Virus record (IMG/VR): IMGVR_UViG_3300045971_000437
Location: 6,515 to 70,514 of that record
Strand: one strand, 5' to 3'
Source of the DNA: a virus
Length of the DNA stretch: 64,000 nucleotides
Positions within the stretch are counted from its first letter, which is position 1. Each line of letters opens with the position of its first letter. Shown here one piece after another: positions 36,160 to 46,112 of the stretch. The translations under genes were made by a program, and so were the position numbers. The notes beneath the pieces are model-generated. The model did no database searches, was not told where the DNA came from, and saw nothing but the letters and a program-made list of their open reading frames with translations.

Positions 36160-36915
36160 TTATGGACCTCTTGAATCTATTTCTATCTGTGCATATTGAT
36201 AACCGACTTCAAATGGAACTAGCTCACCATTACTATCATATTCATTAACGAGCATCTTATCCAGATCACCAATTTTAATAGTAATTTTTCTAACTACTTC
36301 ATCTCTAACATCTACTGGAGCAGAGATATAAATTGGTATATCAAAATTCATTGACCACATAATAATTCTAGAATCTCCGCCTGGTGGCATATTCTCTTCA
36401 TTATTAATGCTAACAAGTTCAACCTTAGTAATTTTAGTCCAATCAAATGCAGAATCAGATGTCTGAATTTCTAACACTGGATCAAATAACATTAATATCT
36501 GTTCTAACATTTGATGCAGCTGATTAGTATTAGATGCATACATTGATAATTCTGTAGACATAATATACGGTATTGGCATTACTCGTACTAATGTAGTAAG
36601 ATCATCTGGATAAATTCCACCTATAGGCAGAAATACTCTTCTATCAACAACACCCACACCTTTACGATTTGGAGCAAGAGATAAATTCGATATTGATGCA
36701 GCCATTGCTGGTAACGAGAATGGTTTATTTTGAGTATTTCCCGCATTAATAGCAGCAACAACCCTATCTTTACTACCAACCGAAATAGGTACTGTTATAA
36801 ATTCTTTTTCACCACATTCGCCATTACCTGTTTGAACTGATAATCCGGTAAAAATTGAACAAAATTGAAGCAAGTAGCTTCTCAATTGTCCTTCATAAAA
36901 ATGTTCTGTTATCAT
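36160..36915 (-). CDS. 15: Tail sheath stabiliser / tail terminator (gp15-like)
   Basis: HFYEGQLRSY, VPISVGSKD, PIPYIM..EL, QMLEQILMLFDP. Confidence 0.85.
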   Translation of the reverse strand: MITEHFYEGQLRSYLLQFCSIFTGLSVQTGNGECGEKEFITVPISVGSKDRVVAAINAGNTQNKPFSLPAMAASISNLSLAPNRKGVGVVDRRVFLPIGGIYPDDLTTLVRVMPIPYIMSTELSMYASNTNQLHQMLEQILMLFDPVLEIQTSDSAFDWTKITKVELVSINNEENMPPGGDSRIIMWSMNFDIPIYISAPVDVRDEVVRKITIKIGDLDKMLVNEYDSNGELVPFEVGYQYAQIEIDSRGP

Positions 36916-36916
36916 A

Positions 36917-38494
36917 TTATTGTCCTGTCATTTTCTTAAAATCTGCTCTATTTTCTATTTCATTACCAAAGAAGTCATCAATCATTTTAGTAGTTAATCC
37001 GACTTTCTTTGCTTCCATTTTAAAGAATACACGTTCTTTAGGTTCCATAGTTTTATTCATCTTATGAAGAACATTCCTTGAACCATTTATAATATCAAGA
37101 AGCAATTCAGCTTTTCCTGTTCCACCTTCTGGGAATCTTTCATACTGTGTCCAGTCCTGATAAAATCTATCAACCCCATCAACACTCTTGAAGTAGTTAT
37201 AGATTCTTGTTAACTCAACCGGAATAGAACTATTTTTATCTATGGGAGTATTTGCTAATTTATCATTTGCTTTACTAAAAATGGCAGATGCTTTTTTAAG
37301 ATATTCTTTTCTCTCTAGATTAGTATCACAAGCAATTTCGACAACAGCAACAAAACGCATAATTGTTTCTATTACCGTTTCAATTGAAGATTGACTATTA
37401 TAATCCTTACCACCAGTGACTCTAAATTCTAGGTAACCTTGTTCAATTTTTCCCAAATTTACTGTATGATATTTTCCTGTGCTTAGAATACTCCAAGAAG
37501 AATGTAGCATTTCCTTTTCATTTTTTGGTAATTTTCCTTCATTTCCAATAGCTTTTAAAATATAATCAATGTGTTGCTTTGCAAATGTATTTGTTAATCT
37601 GTCAAACTGATTAGCGACATAGCGTTCACCCATAAACAAAACTAATTTAAGCGGATCTATTTTTTCTTTAAGATCTGGAATACTAATATTTATGTGTAGT
37701 CCTGTTGACGAATTAGTTTCAAAATCATTTAACCTCATCCACGTCGCAACTTCTTTTAAGTGCTCAACAGCTTTTGTTAATGGTAATGGCGGTGTAACTA
37801 ATTCTACACCGAAACCATCACCCTCAATTGAAGTATCTTCTTCAACATACCATTGATCAAGTGATTTGTTTGTTGTTTTTGTTCCATTAGCAAAACGTGG
37901 CTTTATATTAAATCTTTTATTAAAGCTGCTAATGACATTTAGAAATGTCTGATTTTTATCATCGTCATTATCAGCTTCTGGAAGCTCTGTGTATACCCGC
38001 GCTGCGGTTGAGTTCTCGTCGTAACCGTATTTCGGTTCTAAATCATACTCATTCACAAAACCTTCAGCATCGTCATATACAGCTTTAATCCAATCGTCAA
38101 GAGTAGTGCTATCGTTTTTGTCGAAGTCTTTGCCAGCCATATCTTCAGCATGATCTTCATTATTCTCGTCTGGATCTAAATAATCATCCATATGATCTGC
38201 AATATAATTATTACGAAGTTCAGATATATAAATGTTAAAATCGCGAGTCATAGCCCGTTCATCACCAGCAGACTGATCAAAATACTCTAGAATCTTATCA
38301 AGAGTTTTTAATGAATCAACTCTTACTGAATCAGTTGACATAAGTGGATCATCTCTATAATAATGAACAGTATCCTCAGGCACAAGCATTTCAAACTCAA
38401 ATCCTACTAAAGCTGTATCTCCATAGCGCTTTGCTATGTCGACATATGTTGCCGAATTCATTGCCTTCTCAATTAAGAAATCTTTAAATCTCAT
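36917..38494 (-). CDS. Putative amidoligase (COOH-NH2 ligase) with capsid-targeting-like leader
   Basis: FKDFLIE; GFEFE, DTSI, GVELVTPP, TGLHINIS, KYHTVN, YLEFR. Confidence 0.75.
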   Translation of the reverse strand: MRFKDFLIEKAMNSATYVDIAKRYGDTALVGFEFEMLVPEDTVHYYRDDPLMSTDSVRVDSLKTLDKILEYFDQSAGDERAMTRDFNIYISELRNNYIADHMDDYLDPDENNEDHAEDMAGKDFDKNDSTTLDDWIKAVYDDAEGFVNEYDLEPKYGYDENSTAARVYTELPEADNDDDKNQTFLNVISSFNKRFNIKPRFANGTKTTNKSLDQWYVEEDTSIEGDGFGVELVTPPLPLTKAVEHLKEVATWMRLNDFETNSSTGLHINISIPDLKEKIDPLKLVLFMGERYVANQFDRLTNTFAKQHIDYILKAIGNEGKLPKNEKEMLHSSWSILSTGKYHTVNLGKIEQGYLEFRVTGGKDYNSQSSIETVIETIMRFVAVVEIACDTNLERKEYLKKASAIFSKANDKLANTPIDKNSSIPVELTRIYNYFKSVDGVDRFYQDWTQYERFPEGGTGKAELLLDIINGSRNVLHKMNKTMEPKERVFFKMEAKKVGLTTKMIDDFFGNEIENRADFKKMTGQ

Positions 38495-39255
38495 TAGTCG
38501 TCCTCATTCCAATCCATCATGCCATTATATAACTTAACAGCACCTTTATAAATTAAACTATCTGTTTTAAACCAAGCTGTTGATTCGACATCCCAGCCAT
38601 CTGTAAACTTATCTGAATCCCTGCTTTGCCAGCCACTATGATGCACACTATCAAAATGTTTAGCCATTGAATCCCATGGAAAATTACCGCGCATCTTCCA
38701 AGTTCCATATTGTGATGCTGCCCACTCAGAATTTTTCTTCGTTAGTTGAGCAGCATCTTCTGCCCATTCATAATATCTATCTAGGTATTCAGAATCATAT
38801 ATAATTGCTGTAGGTTTAATCTCAAACAGAAATCCATAATCAGTCTGCCAATGTGGATATCTTTCTTTAACGAATTGATACCAATCACTTGACCATGTTC
38901 CATCAGGCCTTTTAAATGCACTTGATGTCCAAAATGCATGGTGAGGTTTATTATCGCCTGGTGGAGAGTCATGAAAAGCCGTTAATATTGGTGCCATTTC
39001 TTCTTTTATGGTGTATAAATCATTAACTTCTTTTTTAGCTTGTGCGTATCTCCGCTCACGATCACGTTCAATCTGTACATTTGGATCTCTACGTTTAGGA
39101 ACGAACAATTGAAGTTCTTTATGTACTCTATTATCCGTGAAGGTAGATTGAATACGTCTCAACTCCGCATAGACTTTATCCTCCTCTGGCCACGGAGTTT
39201 CAGGTGGAACCTTTGGTTTTCTAGGAGCTTCTAAAAAGGTTTTAAATCGCATCAT
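38494..39255 (-). CDS. Putative internal head protein of unknown function
   Basis: FKTFLEA leader; HHAFWTSS, FDSVH, WDVES motifs. Confidence 0.55.
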   Translation of the reverse strand: MMRFKTFLEAPRKPKVPPETPWPEEDKVYAELRRIQSTFTDNRVHKELQLFVPKRRDPNVQIERDRERRYAQAKKEVNDLYTIKEEMAPILTAFHDSPPGDNKPHHAFWTSSAFKRPDGTWSSDWYQFVKERYPHWQTDYGFLFEIKPTAIIYDSEYLDRYYEWAEDAAQLTKKNSEWAASQYGTWKMRGNFPWDSMAKHFDSVHHSGWQSRDSDKFTDGWDVESTAWFKTDSLIYKGAVKLYNGMMDWNEDD

Positions 39256-41144
39256 ATTGTTTTCTTTGAAAGGCCCTGCTTAGTTGATGACTCTAAAATA
39301 TTTCTAACAGATGGTTTATGAGAACTATAAACACCGCGTTTATCGGACTCTAAGAATAACCAACGATTTTTAATTACTGAGAATCTAAATAGTCTTGGAG
39401 GAATATTAGTCTCTGGTGGGTAATATAATCTAAAATAATCACCATCAGCAACAGCAGACGGATCTGGCAATTTAAATCCTTCACCATACGGTTGATCTTG
39501 TGGTGGTAAACCATCTTCAATATAAATGTTTTGTTTACCTTTATGTTCAGAAGATGGTGGTTGCCCCTTGAGATTAACCGGTGGTTTAATTGGTGGTAAA
39601 GGTTGACCTACTACATGTCGTTGATCATCCGATCCTCTTTCTGGTACTGCGTTTGCTGCGTCTTTAGCAATTTCTTCTGTGATAGTAAGTGGCGCAGTAT
39701 TTATCTGTTCACCAATCATGTCACCGAGGATTGAATCCGCAATAAGATACTTTTGGGTATCCATAGTTCCAAATATGTCTCTAGTTTCCTGAGACGATAC
39801 AGCTTGCTGTCCAGAGAATCTATATATCGTAGGTCTCCAAGAAGTACTAAATCCTTCAGCAGCCCAGCCAGTGTCTGTTATTTCTACAAATTTTCTAACT
39901 GGCTTTAAATTTTGATCATACTGTAGCTCAGGAGTTACTTCAATAATATCACCAGTAACTAGTGGACGACCCAAAGCATTAACCATAGCAACGAATGATA
40001 TGGTAAAAGAATACTGATCTAAGATGCTTAATCCAAATCTGCTTAAATCTGAAATAGAATCTGCAGGTGCATATTGAACCTTTAACGGTATAGGAGTAAT
40101 AGAATAATCTCTGTCTCTATTTTCATTAAAGAATAAATCCTGTACATTATTAATATCCGTTGGAGCAGAATCTAAGACATCAAATGCTGATACTTCCCAA
40201 CTACCTGTACCAGAAAACAATGTGGGAGTAACTCTAATAGCTTTAACATTAATGCCTGACTGTAAATTTAATGTCTGTGGTAAAGGAGACTGAATTAAAT
40301 TAAAAATACCAGCTCTCTGCCAAACATAATTAACAGGGATAGTAAATTGGTCACCTCCAACAAATGGTACTGTACCAACGTTTATAACGAAATTTGCATA
40401 TGTGCTAAAAAATGGGATGCCTATAGTAGCAGTGTTCAATCCTATAACTGAATTATCTGGCAGAGTTGCATAAACGTTAAACGTTGAAGATGTTATAGCT
40501 ATAACAGTAATTGCACCCTGTGTTATATCTGATCCTAATCCATTTACAGTTATTGTTCCATTGCCTGTACCAGAGAATATTGGTGTAGTATATTCGCACT
40601 CTCCAGTTGCAACCTCAACCTTTACTTGTCTAGCCCATTCATTTGGAGTATTGCCTTGAGTGATAGCGATTGCTGCCACCTTAGTCCATTTAGTTTTTAT
40701 GGGTTCGTATTCAGTAGTACCAGAAGGTAACCGTTTAATACCGAAGTCTATTCCAATATATGCCTGAGATGAAACTACTGAAGAACCAGCCTGAAGACTG
40801 CGCCAAGGTGTCACACCACCATTAACACCAGTAATAGGATATCCAGGAAATGATACAGAATTTACTAATTTTCCTAAAGACAACAATGATCCATTGCCCT
40901 GCTCATGTACACCCAACAATTTAAAAACATTGATTGGAGCACCAGAAATATTTAGCACTTCTGCTATATAGGATTCCTGTCTCTTCTGATCATTGTTAGC
41001 ACATTCATCTGGAGTTAAAGTGGAAATTTCCCACTCACCCATGCATGGCTTAAATGGGGTATAAGGTCCAAGACCTGGAACTGTAGGTGGATTATTAGGG
41101 TTGTTTAAACTACCGCCACCATTTTCGCAAGGTAAAGTTGCCAT
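39252..41144 (-). CDS. 14: Neck protein (gp14-like) with inserted domains
   Basis: EVLNISGAPINVFK start of the core, FFNENRDRDY, DLSRFG, RPLVTGDIIE; discoidin-like insert. Confidence 0.7.
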   Translation of the reverse strand: MATLPCENGGGSLNNPNNPPTVPGLGPYTPFKPCMGEWEISTLTPDECANNDQKRQESYIAEVLNISGAPINVFKLLGVHEQGNGSLLSLGKLVNSVSFPGYPITGVNGGVTPWRSLQAGSSVVSSQAYIGIDFGIKRLPSGTTEYEPIKTKWTKVAAIAITQGNTPNEWARQVKVEVATGECEYTTPIFSGTGNGTITVNGLGSDITQGAITVIAITSSTFNVYATLPDNSVIGLNTATIGIPFFSTYANFVINVGTVPFVGGDQFTIPVNYVWQRAGIFNLIQSPLPQTLNLQSGINVKAIRVTPTLFSGTGSWEVSAFDVLDSAPTDINNVQDLFFNENRDRDYSITPIPLKVQYAPADSISDLSRFGLSILDQYSFTISFVAMVNALGRPLVTGDIIEVTPELQYDQNLKPVRKFVEITDTGWAAEGFSTSWRPTIYRFSGQQAVSSQETRDIFGTMDTQKYLIADSILGDMIGEQINTAPLTITEEIAKDAANAVPERGSDDQRHVVGQPLPPIKPPVNLKGQPPSSEHKGKQNIYIEDGLPPQDQPYGEGFKLPDPSAVADGDYFRLYYPPETNIPPRLFRFSVIKNRWLFLESDKRGVYSSHKPSVRNILESSTKQGLSKKTI

Positions 41145-42109
41145 TATATCTCTTTCCTTGTTCTATAATGTTTCTCATATAATGTATTATCTATTGATAA
41201 TGCTCTAAATCCACTCACAAACTTTCTGTTTATTAGTGTTTTATACATTCGTGATTGAGATATATTTTGTTCAATGCAGAAATTTTTTAGATTTATAATT
41301 TTAAAAATTTCTGCATTTTCTTTCTCAATCGTCCAAGTTTTAGCCTGCCGTGTCTTTATTATAGTTTTAGACGCCAAATTTTTAACTTGGCCTTCGGACA
41401 TTTTAGCAACAGTTTCAGCAGAGCGTTTTTTGCCTCTATGAAAAGATGCGCATTTCTCAATATGTTCCAGTGACATAGGAGGTCTGTTGTTTGCTGCTTT
41501 AATCTGTTTTTGTAGCATTTTATCCTTAGCTTCACTTGACATATTGTTTAATCCAGCTTTTACCTTATCACTTCTAATTTTAGCATAATCTTTATCTGAA
41601 AATAATTTTGCTAAAGCTGCTTTTTGAACCTTAGACATATTTAACTTCTGTTCATCTGTCCGTTTAACATCTCTAATCTTAGCTACTCTTTTTTCTATAT
41701 GTTCTGACGTTTGACTAGGTCGTTGATAGCCACTAGCTAATAAATCAGCCCACATTTTCTTTAATGATGCTGACATCTTTTCTCTTGTTTCTGCTTTTAG
41801 CGCTTTACCTGGTTGATTTCCTGTTCCTCCAGATCTAATGTTCATGCACATTTTATTTAATCGAAGTTCTGGAGTAATTATCTGTTCCTCACGTAATGAT
41901 AATGATTTTCTATCTTGTAAGAGCTCGATTACTTCACACGTATGATTTTCTCTGCCATATTTTTTAATAGACCTAGATAATATTGACCCACTCCCCAAAT
42001 ATCCATCATTTAAGTTATCAGTTGAGTGCATACCTAAATAAAATTTCCCAGTAATAGTACAAGTAGTTTTATAGATTATATGATATTTTCTATATTCAGC
42101 TCTGTTCAT
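41144..42109 (-). mobile_element. Free-standing GIY-YIG (Seg-like) homing endonuclease with NUMOD3-like repeats
   Basis: IIYKTTCTITGKFYLGMHS..DGYLGSG, MNIRSGG, HSxExKxK-type repeats; start moved to MNRAE (GGAG RBS). Confidence 0.85.
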
Positions 42110-42163
42110 AATGATCTCCATTTTATTTGACTATCTATTTATTGATGTCTGCTAAAATGTGTT

Positions 42164-44032
42164 CTACCCAATTAACACTGATGCATTGCCAAATTGTAAG
42201 CCACCATTGCCAACTTCAAAGTCTGTAATTTGACGTAGTAATTCATTTTGCTGTTCTGTAGCCATTGATAATAAGGTATCGCCATTCATTGTAATACCAC
42301 CATTTGGACCAGGAAGATTACCATACTTCGTTCTAATCATACCTAACATTTCCATAAGCTCTGACATAGCCCAACCTTGAAGCCACTGTTTAGCCCATCT
42401 GTCTAAAAGCAATTCTTGTTCAGTTCTTTCCATGACAACTTCTAGAACTACACGCTCTTCATCAGTATTAATTCTTCTTAGAATCATTAACTGTCTAGAA
42501 GCTTCATCCCATGTAAACACTAAATTACCAGCAAATATCTTTTCAAACGTTTCTGATAATTGAGCCATTAAGTGAATAGAAAGTAGATCAACGTTCTGAG
42601 TTTGAAATAATTGATTGAAGAATGCCTGTGCATATAAACCATTCTCTGAAGATAATGAACTGATACCAAGCATATTTACGCGGTGAATTTTAATTATGTC
42701 AACAATCTTATCTGTCTTATCTCTAGGATCATTTAGGTAATAAGTCGATTGTCCACGTACAATTGTAAATGAAATATGTCTGTGCGAGTATGCATTATCA
42801 GCTCGACGTCTAAATTCATCAAGAGCATTATCAATGGCAATATTAAATTGTTCTTCAGATAACTCAACGCAGACTTGCGGGTAACCCATTTGATGCTTTA
42901 AGATTTTCATTAAGCGCAGACGCTCATCATATGAACCATCTGTACCAATACCAATTTTGTCCGATGTTGGTGCACCTTCTTCAGCTGTATCAGCTTTAAC
43001 CCAAACACTTCCATCCCAAACAACCAAATCTTTAGCCGATGAATTATAGAAAAAATCTCCAATTGATGGGATTAAAGGATCAAATTGATTGGCGTATGTA
43101 TCCCCAATGACAATGTTTTCCCATACAGCTGGACCAGTTAAAACTTGAATTAAATCTGGTGTAACTATAAACCAAGAACCCATAGTGAACACACTTAACT
43201 CGAAAGTTGGTGGTGCTGACTGCTGTTGTTTCTTTGTTAAATAAATAAAATCGCCGGCTATTGGGGATAATGGATACGCAGAAGCTAGCACAATGCTGTT
43301 AAACGGTACCCAAGTAGGTCCAAGTTTTACTCTTGTATTTAACGCGCTGCAGTTATTCCAAATACCACCACTAAAATATTTTAAATTCAAATCAATTGAA
43401 TTAAAAAATAGTTGCTTTTTAGAAATAGGTTCTCTTTGTCCAATTGGGACTGTTTTCTGATTAGATTGTACCCAAGCAGTAAGATTATCATTCCACACCA
43501 TTACTTGATTTGTTACTGGATCAAAGTATGCTTGTCCATTAGTTGGATTTTTTGGAACTACTACTGAAGTCGGTATCGATCCAGCATATGAATCTGAACT
43601 TTTTTCGAAGCGTGATGATTCTAACGGATACGATTGAGTACCTATGGTATAATACTGAAGAACATTAGATGCTGCATGAATAGAAGCATAATACACTTTA
43701 TTCGGATCAACATTGGAAACATCAACAGATAGATTTGTTGCAACATTATCACCGAAGAAGCCGTAAGCTGCTGCGATAATATGTGCATGATCAATAGTAT
43801 CAGCTGGTGCAGCCCAATTATTTGAAGCTAAATATTTCGTGCCATCTACTGGAAAATTCGATGCGCTGAATGTTTCTTCGGATAACATAACAACAAAACC
43901 ATTATATGCTTGTGGTGTTGCTGGAATATTCCAAGTAACTCTTAATGTTGTAGAGTCTAATTTGTTTACTGCCACAGCCATACTGCGACCATCTATCCAC
44001 AGTTCATGTGTTGTTAATTGAATATTAGCCAT
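42164..44032 (-). CDS. 13: Neck protein (gp13-like) with long N-terminal extension
   Basis: C-terminal LKHQMGYPQVCVELSEEQ..A, GMIRTKY..LPGPNGGITMNGD. Confidence 0.8.
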   Translation of the reverse strand: MANIQLTTHELWIDGRSMAVAVNKLDSTTLRVTWNIPATPQAYNGFVVMLSEETFSASNFPVDGTKYLASNNWAAPADTIDHAHIIAAAYGFFGDNVATNLSVDVSNVDPNKVYYASIHAASNVLQYYTIGTQSYPLESSRFEKSSDSYAGSIPTSVVVPKNPTNGQAYFDPVTNQVMVWNDNLTAWVQSNQKTVPIGQREPISKKQLFFNSIDLNLKYFSGGIWNNCSALNTRVKLGPTWVPFNSIVLASAYPLSPIAGDFIYLTKKQQQSAPPTFELSVFTMGSWFIVTPDLIQVLTGPAVWENIVIGDTYANQFDPLIPSIGDFFYNSSAKDLVVWDGSVWVKADTAEEGAPTSDKIGIGTDGSYDERLRLMKILKHQMGYPQVCVELSEEQFNIAIDNALDEFRRRADNAYSHRHISFTIVRGQSTYYLNDPRDKTDKIVDIIKIHRVNMLGISSLSSENGLYAQAFFNQLFQTQNVDLLSIHLMAQLSETFEKIFAGNLVFTWDEASRQLMILRRINTDEERVVLEVVMERTEQELLLDRWAKQWLQGWAMSELMEMLGMIRTKYGNLPGPNGGITMNGDTLLSMATEQQNELLRQITDFEVGNGGLQFGNASVLIG

Positions 44033-44076
44033 TTGTTCCCTGCATTAATAAGTTAAAGTATATCTTATATTTATTG

Positions 44077-44970
44077 TTAATCATTTTTATAGCCCTCTTC
44101 TTTCCAAGTAGCTATGTAATCTAATACATTAATGGTTGCTTTCCATTTTCTTGGCCATAATCGTTTATCTGCTTTTGTTCTTACTGGCTCAACACGTCCT
44201 GGTCCATACAAAATCGGAACAATTCCAAAGGCTTCAGCTATATCCTTAACCGAAACAGAATCATCACCAGCTCCTAATTCGTAAGTATGTTTATTAGTTT
44301 GCATAATCATTTCAGATCTGATTAATTTCAAACCATTAACTATATCATCTACATGGGTAAAATCTCTAGTATATGAACCATCACCATTAATAACTATTGG
44401 TGTATATGCTAATAGAGATTTTTTGCACTGCTTAAGAAGTGTAGTTGCGTGTCCATAATCAGCTTCACCTGGACCATATACGTTAAATAGTCTTGCTGCA
44501 ACCGCATTGATATCAAAAGAATTTCTGTATGTTTCAAGCATCTGTTCTCCAATTTTTTTAGATAGGGCATATGGATTACGCGTGGAATCAGCCCACACTG
44601 TAGAGCTACTAGATATAAAAATCAGTTTAGTATTTGGATGTCGTCTACAGTAACCTAATATTTCTATTAACGGATTAATATTATTGCTGAGAACTTCTTC
44701 AGGTTTTTCTAAACCTATAGACATTCTAGGTGTAGCAGCTAAATGATAAATTGTATCAAACTCTTCCGATGTATTATATAAAGATGGAAGAACTTCAATG
44801 CTATGAATTTCCTTCATTAAAATATAAGCATCCTTTATCTCAGTCTTTGACGCGAAGTTTGTCTTATCAACAATGTCACAGCATGTTACCCTATGACCAT
44901 CCTCCATAAATGATTTTACTAGATGAGTGCCAATAAAACCATGTCCACCGGTGATAAGTATATTTGCCAT
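44077..44970 (-). CDS. NAD-dependent epimerase/dehydratase (extended SDR)
   Basis: ITGGHGFIG, HLAA, ISSSS, YALSK, RLFNVYGP, RDFTHVDD. Confidence 0.9.
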   Translation of the reverse strand: MANILITGGHGFIGTHLVKSFMEDGHRVTCCDIVDKTNFASKTEIKDAYILMKEIHSIEVLPSLYNTSEEFDTIYHLAATPRMSIGLEKPEEVLSNNINPLIEILGYCRRHPNTKLIFISSSSTVWADSTRNPYALSKKIGEQMLETYRNSFDINAVAARLFNVYGPGEADYGHATTLLKQCKKSLLAYTPIVINGDGSYTRDFTHVDDIVNGLKLIRSEMIMQTNKHTYELGAGDDSVSVKDIAEAFGIVPILYGPGRVEPVRTKADKRLWPRKWKATINVLDYIATWKEEGYKND

Positions 44971-45021
44971 TTGTCTGATGATTATTAAAATAAATATTGA
45001 TATTACTATTTAAGGATTTTT

Positions 45022-45249
45022 ATGTCAATACCTGATCGAATAAAAGCTAAGCCTCATATGTTCATGCCAGGTCAGACAGTACAGGGTGCTGTCAAACAAT
45101 ACAACCTGTATGATACTACTAAGGAAGAAATAATAGAACTAATGGCGCAGTTTAATAAGATTAACGATAATGCAATACCTAAACCTGGTATGAATATGAT
45201 GATACCGATTTTGTCGAGACACTGTGAAACTGTCTTTGGACAAAAATAA
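45022..45249 (+). CDS. Small LysM-like protein
   Basis: HMFMPGQTVQGAVKQY...FNKIN....KPGMNMMIP. Confidence 0.55.
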   Translation: MSIPDRIKAKPHMFMPGQTVQGAVKQYNLYDTTKEEIIELMAQFNKINDNAIPKPGMNMMIPILSRHCETVFGQK

Positions 45250-45271
45250 AGCTGCTTAAATAAGCAGCTTT
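45248..45271. terminator. Bidirectional terminator
   Basis: aaagctgctta-aa-taagcagcttt between convergent genes. Confidence 0.7.
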
Positions 45272-45276
45272 AAGAA

Positions 45277-45540
45277 CTAATTAAGATATTCCAAAAGAAC
45301 ATCTATTTTACCTTCTAGTTCAACCTTTTTAACAGATAAGCTAGCGATAGCAGCCTGAACTTTATCGTGCCCATGTGTTGATGCATATTTCTTAAAATCA
45401 ACTATTTGTAAATGCGTAATAGTTGCTGATACCAATTTGTGTTCCGCTATCAGCGAGTCACAATATTCTTTAGTGAATATGTCCATGTGCAATTCCTTTT
45501 TCTTATCTGATGTTTTAAATATACGTGAAAATAGTTTCAT
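45277..45540 (-). CDS. Hypothetical protein
   Basis: ORF track; start moved downstream of the late motif at 45552..45545. Confidence 0.5.
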   Translation of the reverse strand: MKLFSRIFKTSDKKKELHMDIFTKEYCDSLIAEHKLVSATITHLQIVDFKKYASTHGHDKVQAAIASLSVKKVELEGKIDVLLEYLN

Positions 45541-45575
45541 AGTATATTTATCCAAACATAATCAGAGAAAAGAAT

Positions 45576-45815
45576 CTATTCTGTATATCCTCTGCTTTTT
45601 GCTCTCATGCCACTTAAAATGATTTGAGATTTTGGATCAGTTACATATTTGGATAATACTGGATCTTTTTCAGGATTATCTCTAAACACGTAACCTGGAC
45701 GTTTAGCACCAATGTTCTTAATAACTTTTTTCGTATTGGCATCTAATAGATAAAAGTCATCATCATTGAATGCTTCCGCTATAACAGCAAATGAATGTAA
45801 TTCAAATAATTTCAT
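45576..45815 (-). CDS. Small putative internal head protein
   Basis: MKLFEL...IAEA leader. Confidence 0.5.
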   Translation of the reverse strand: MKLFELHSFAVIAEAFNDDDFYLLDANTKKVIKNIGAKRPGYVFRDNPEKDPVLSKYVTDPKSQIILSGMRAKSRGYTE

Positions 45816-45827
45816 TTTGTTTCCTCT

Positions 45828-46112
45828 TTACATTTCCTGATCAGCAGGAATAAAATATGTTTGTTTTTCTTCTTTGTTAGGTGGATCGACCCTAGCAAAT
45901 ATCTTATCTGCAACTTTAAACAAGCTGATAATCCAAGGACCAACAGCCGTATCAATTAATTTATGCTGCGTTTCTTTAGCTCGCTGTAATAGTTTATCAT
46001 CGACATCATCAACAACTCTAATGTCTAAAGTTCCTAATAAATCCCTAGCTATTAATGCTGCTTGTTGTCTAATAGCCATTTCTGTTAGAAACTCTTTGAA
46101 TGTTATTTTCAT
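45828..46112 (-). CDS. Small putative internal head protein
   Basis: MKITFKEFLTE leader. Confidence 0.55.
   Translation of the reverse strand: MKITFKEFLTEMAIRQQAALIARDLLGTLDIRVVDDVDDKLLQRAKETQHKLIDTAVGPWIISLFKVADKIFARVDPPNKEEKQTYFIPADQEM

Noticed and set aside
41144-42121. Group I intron carrying the GIY-YIG ORF
   Set aside because: Flanking gp13 and gp14 genes are each complete and there is no room for intron core helices
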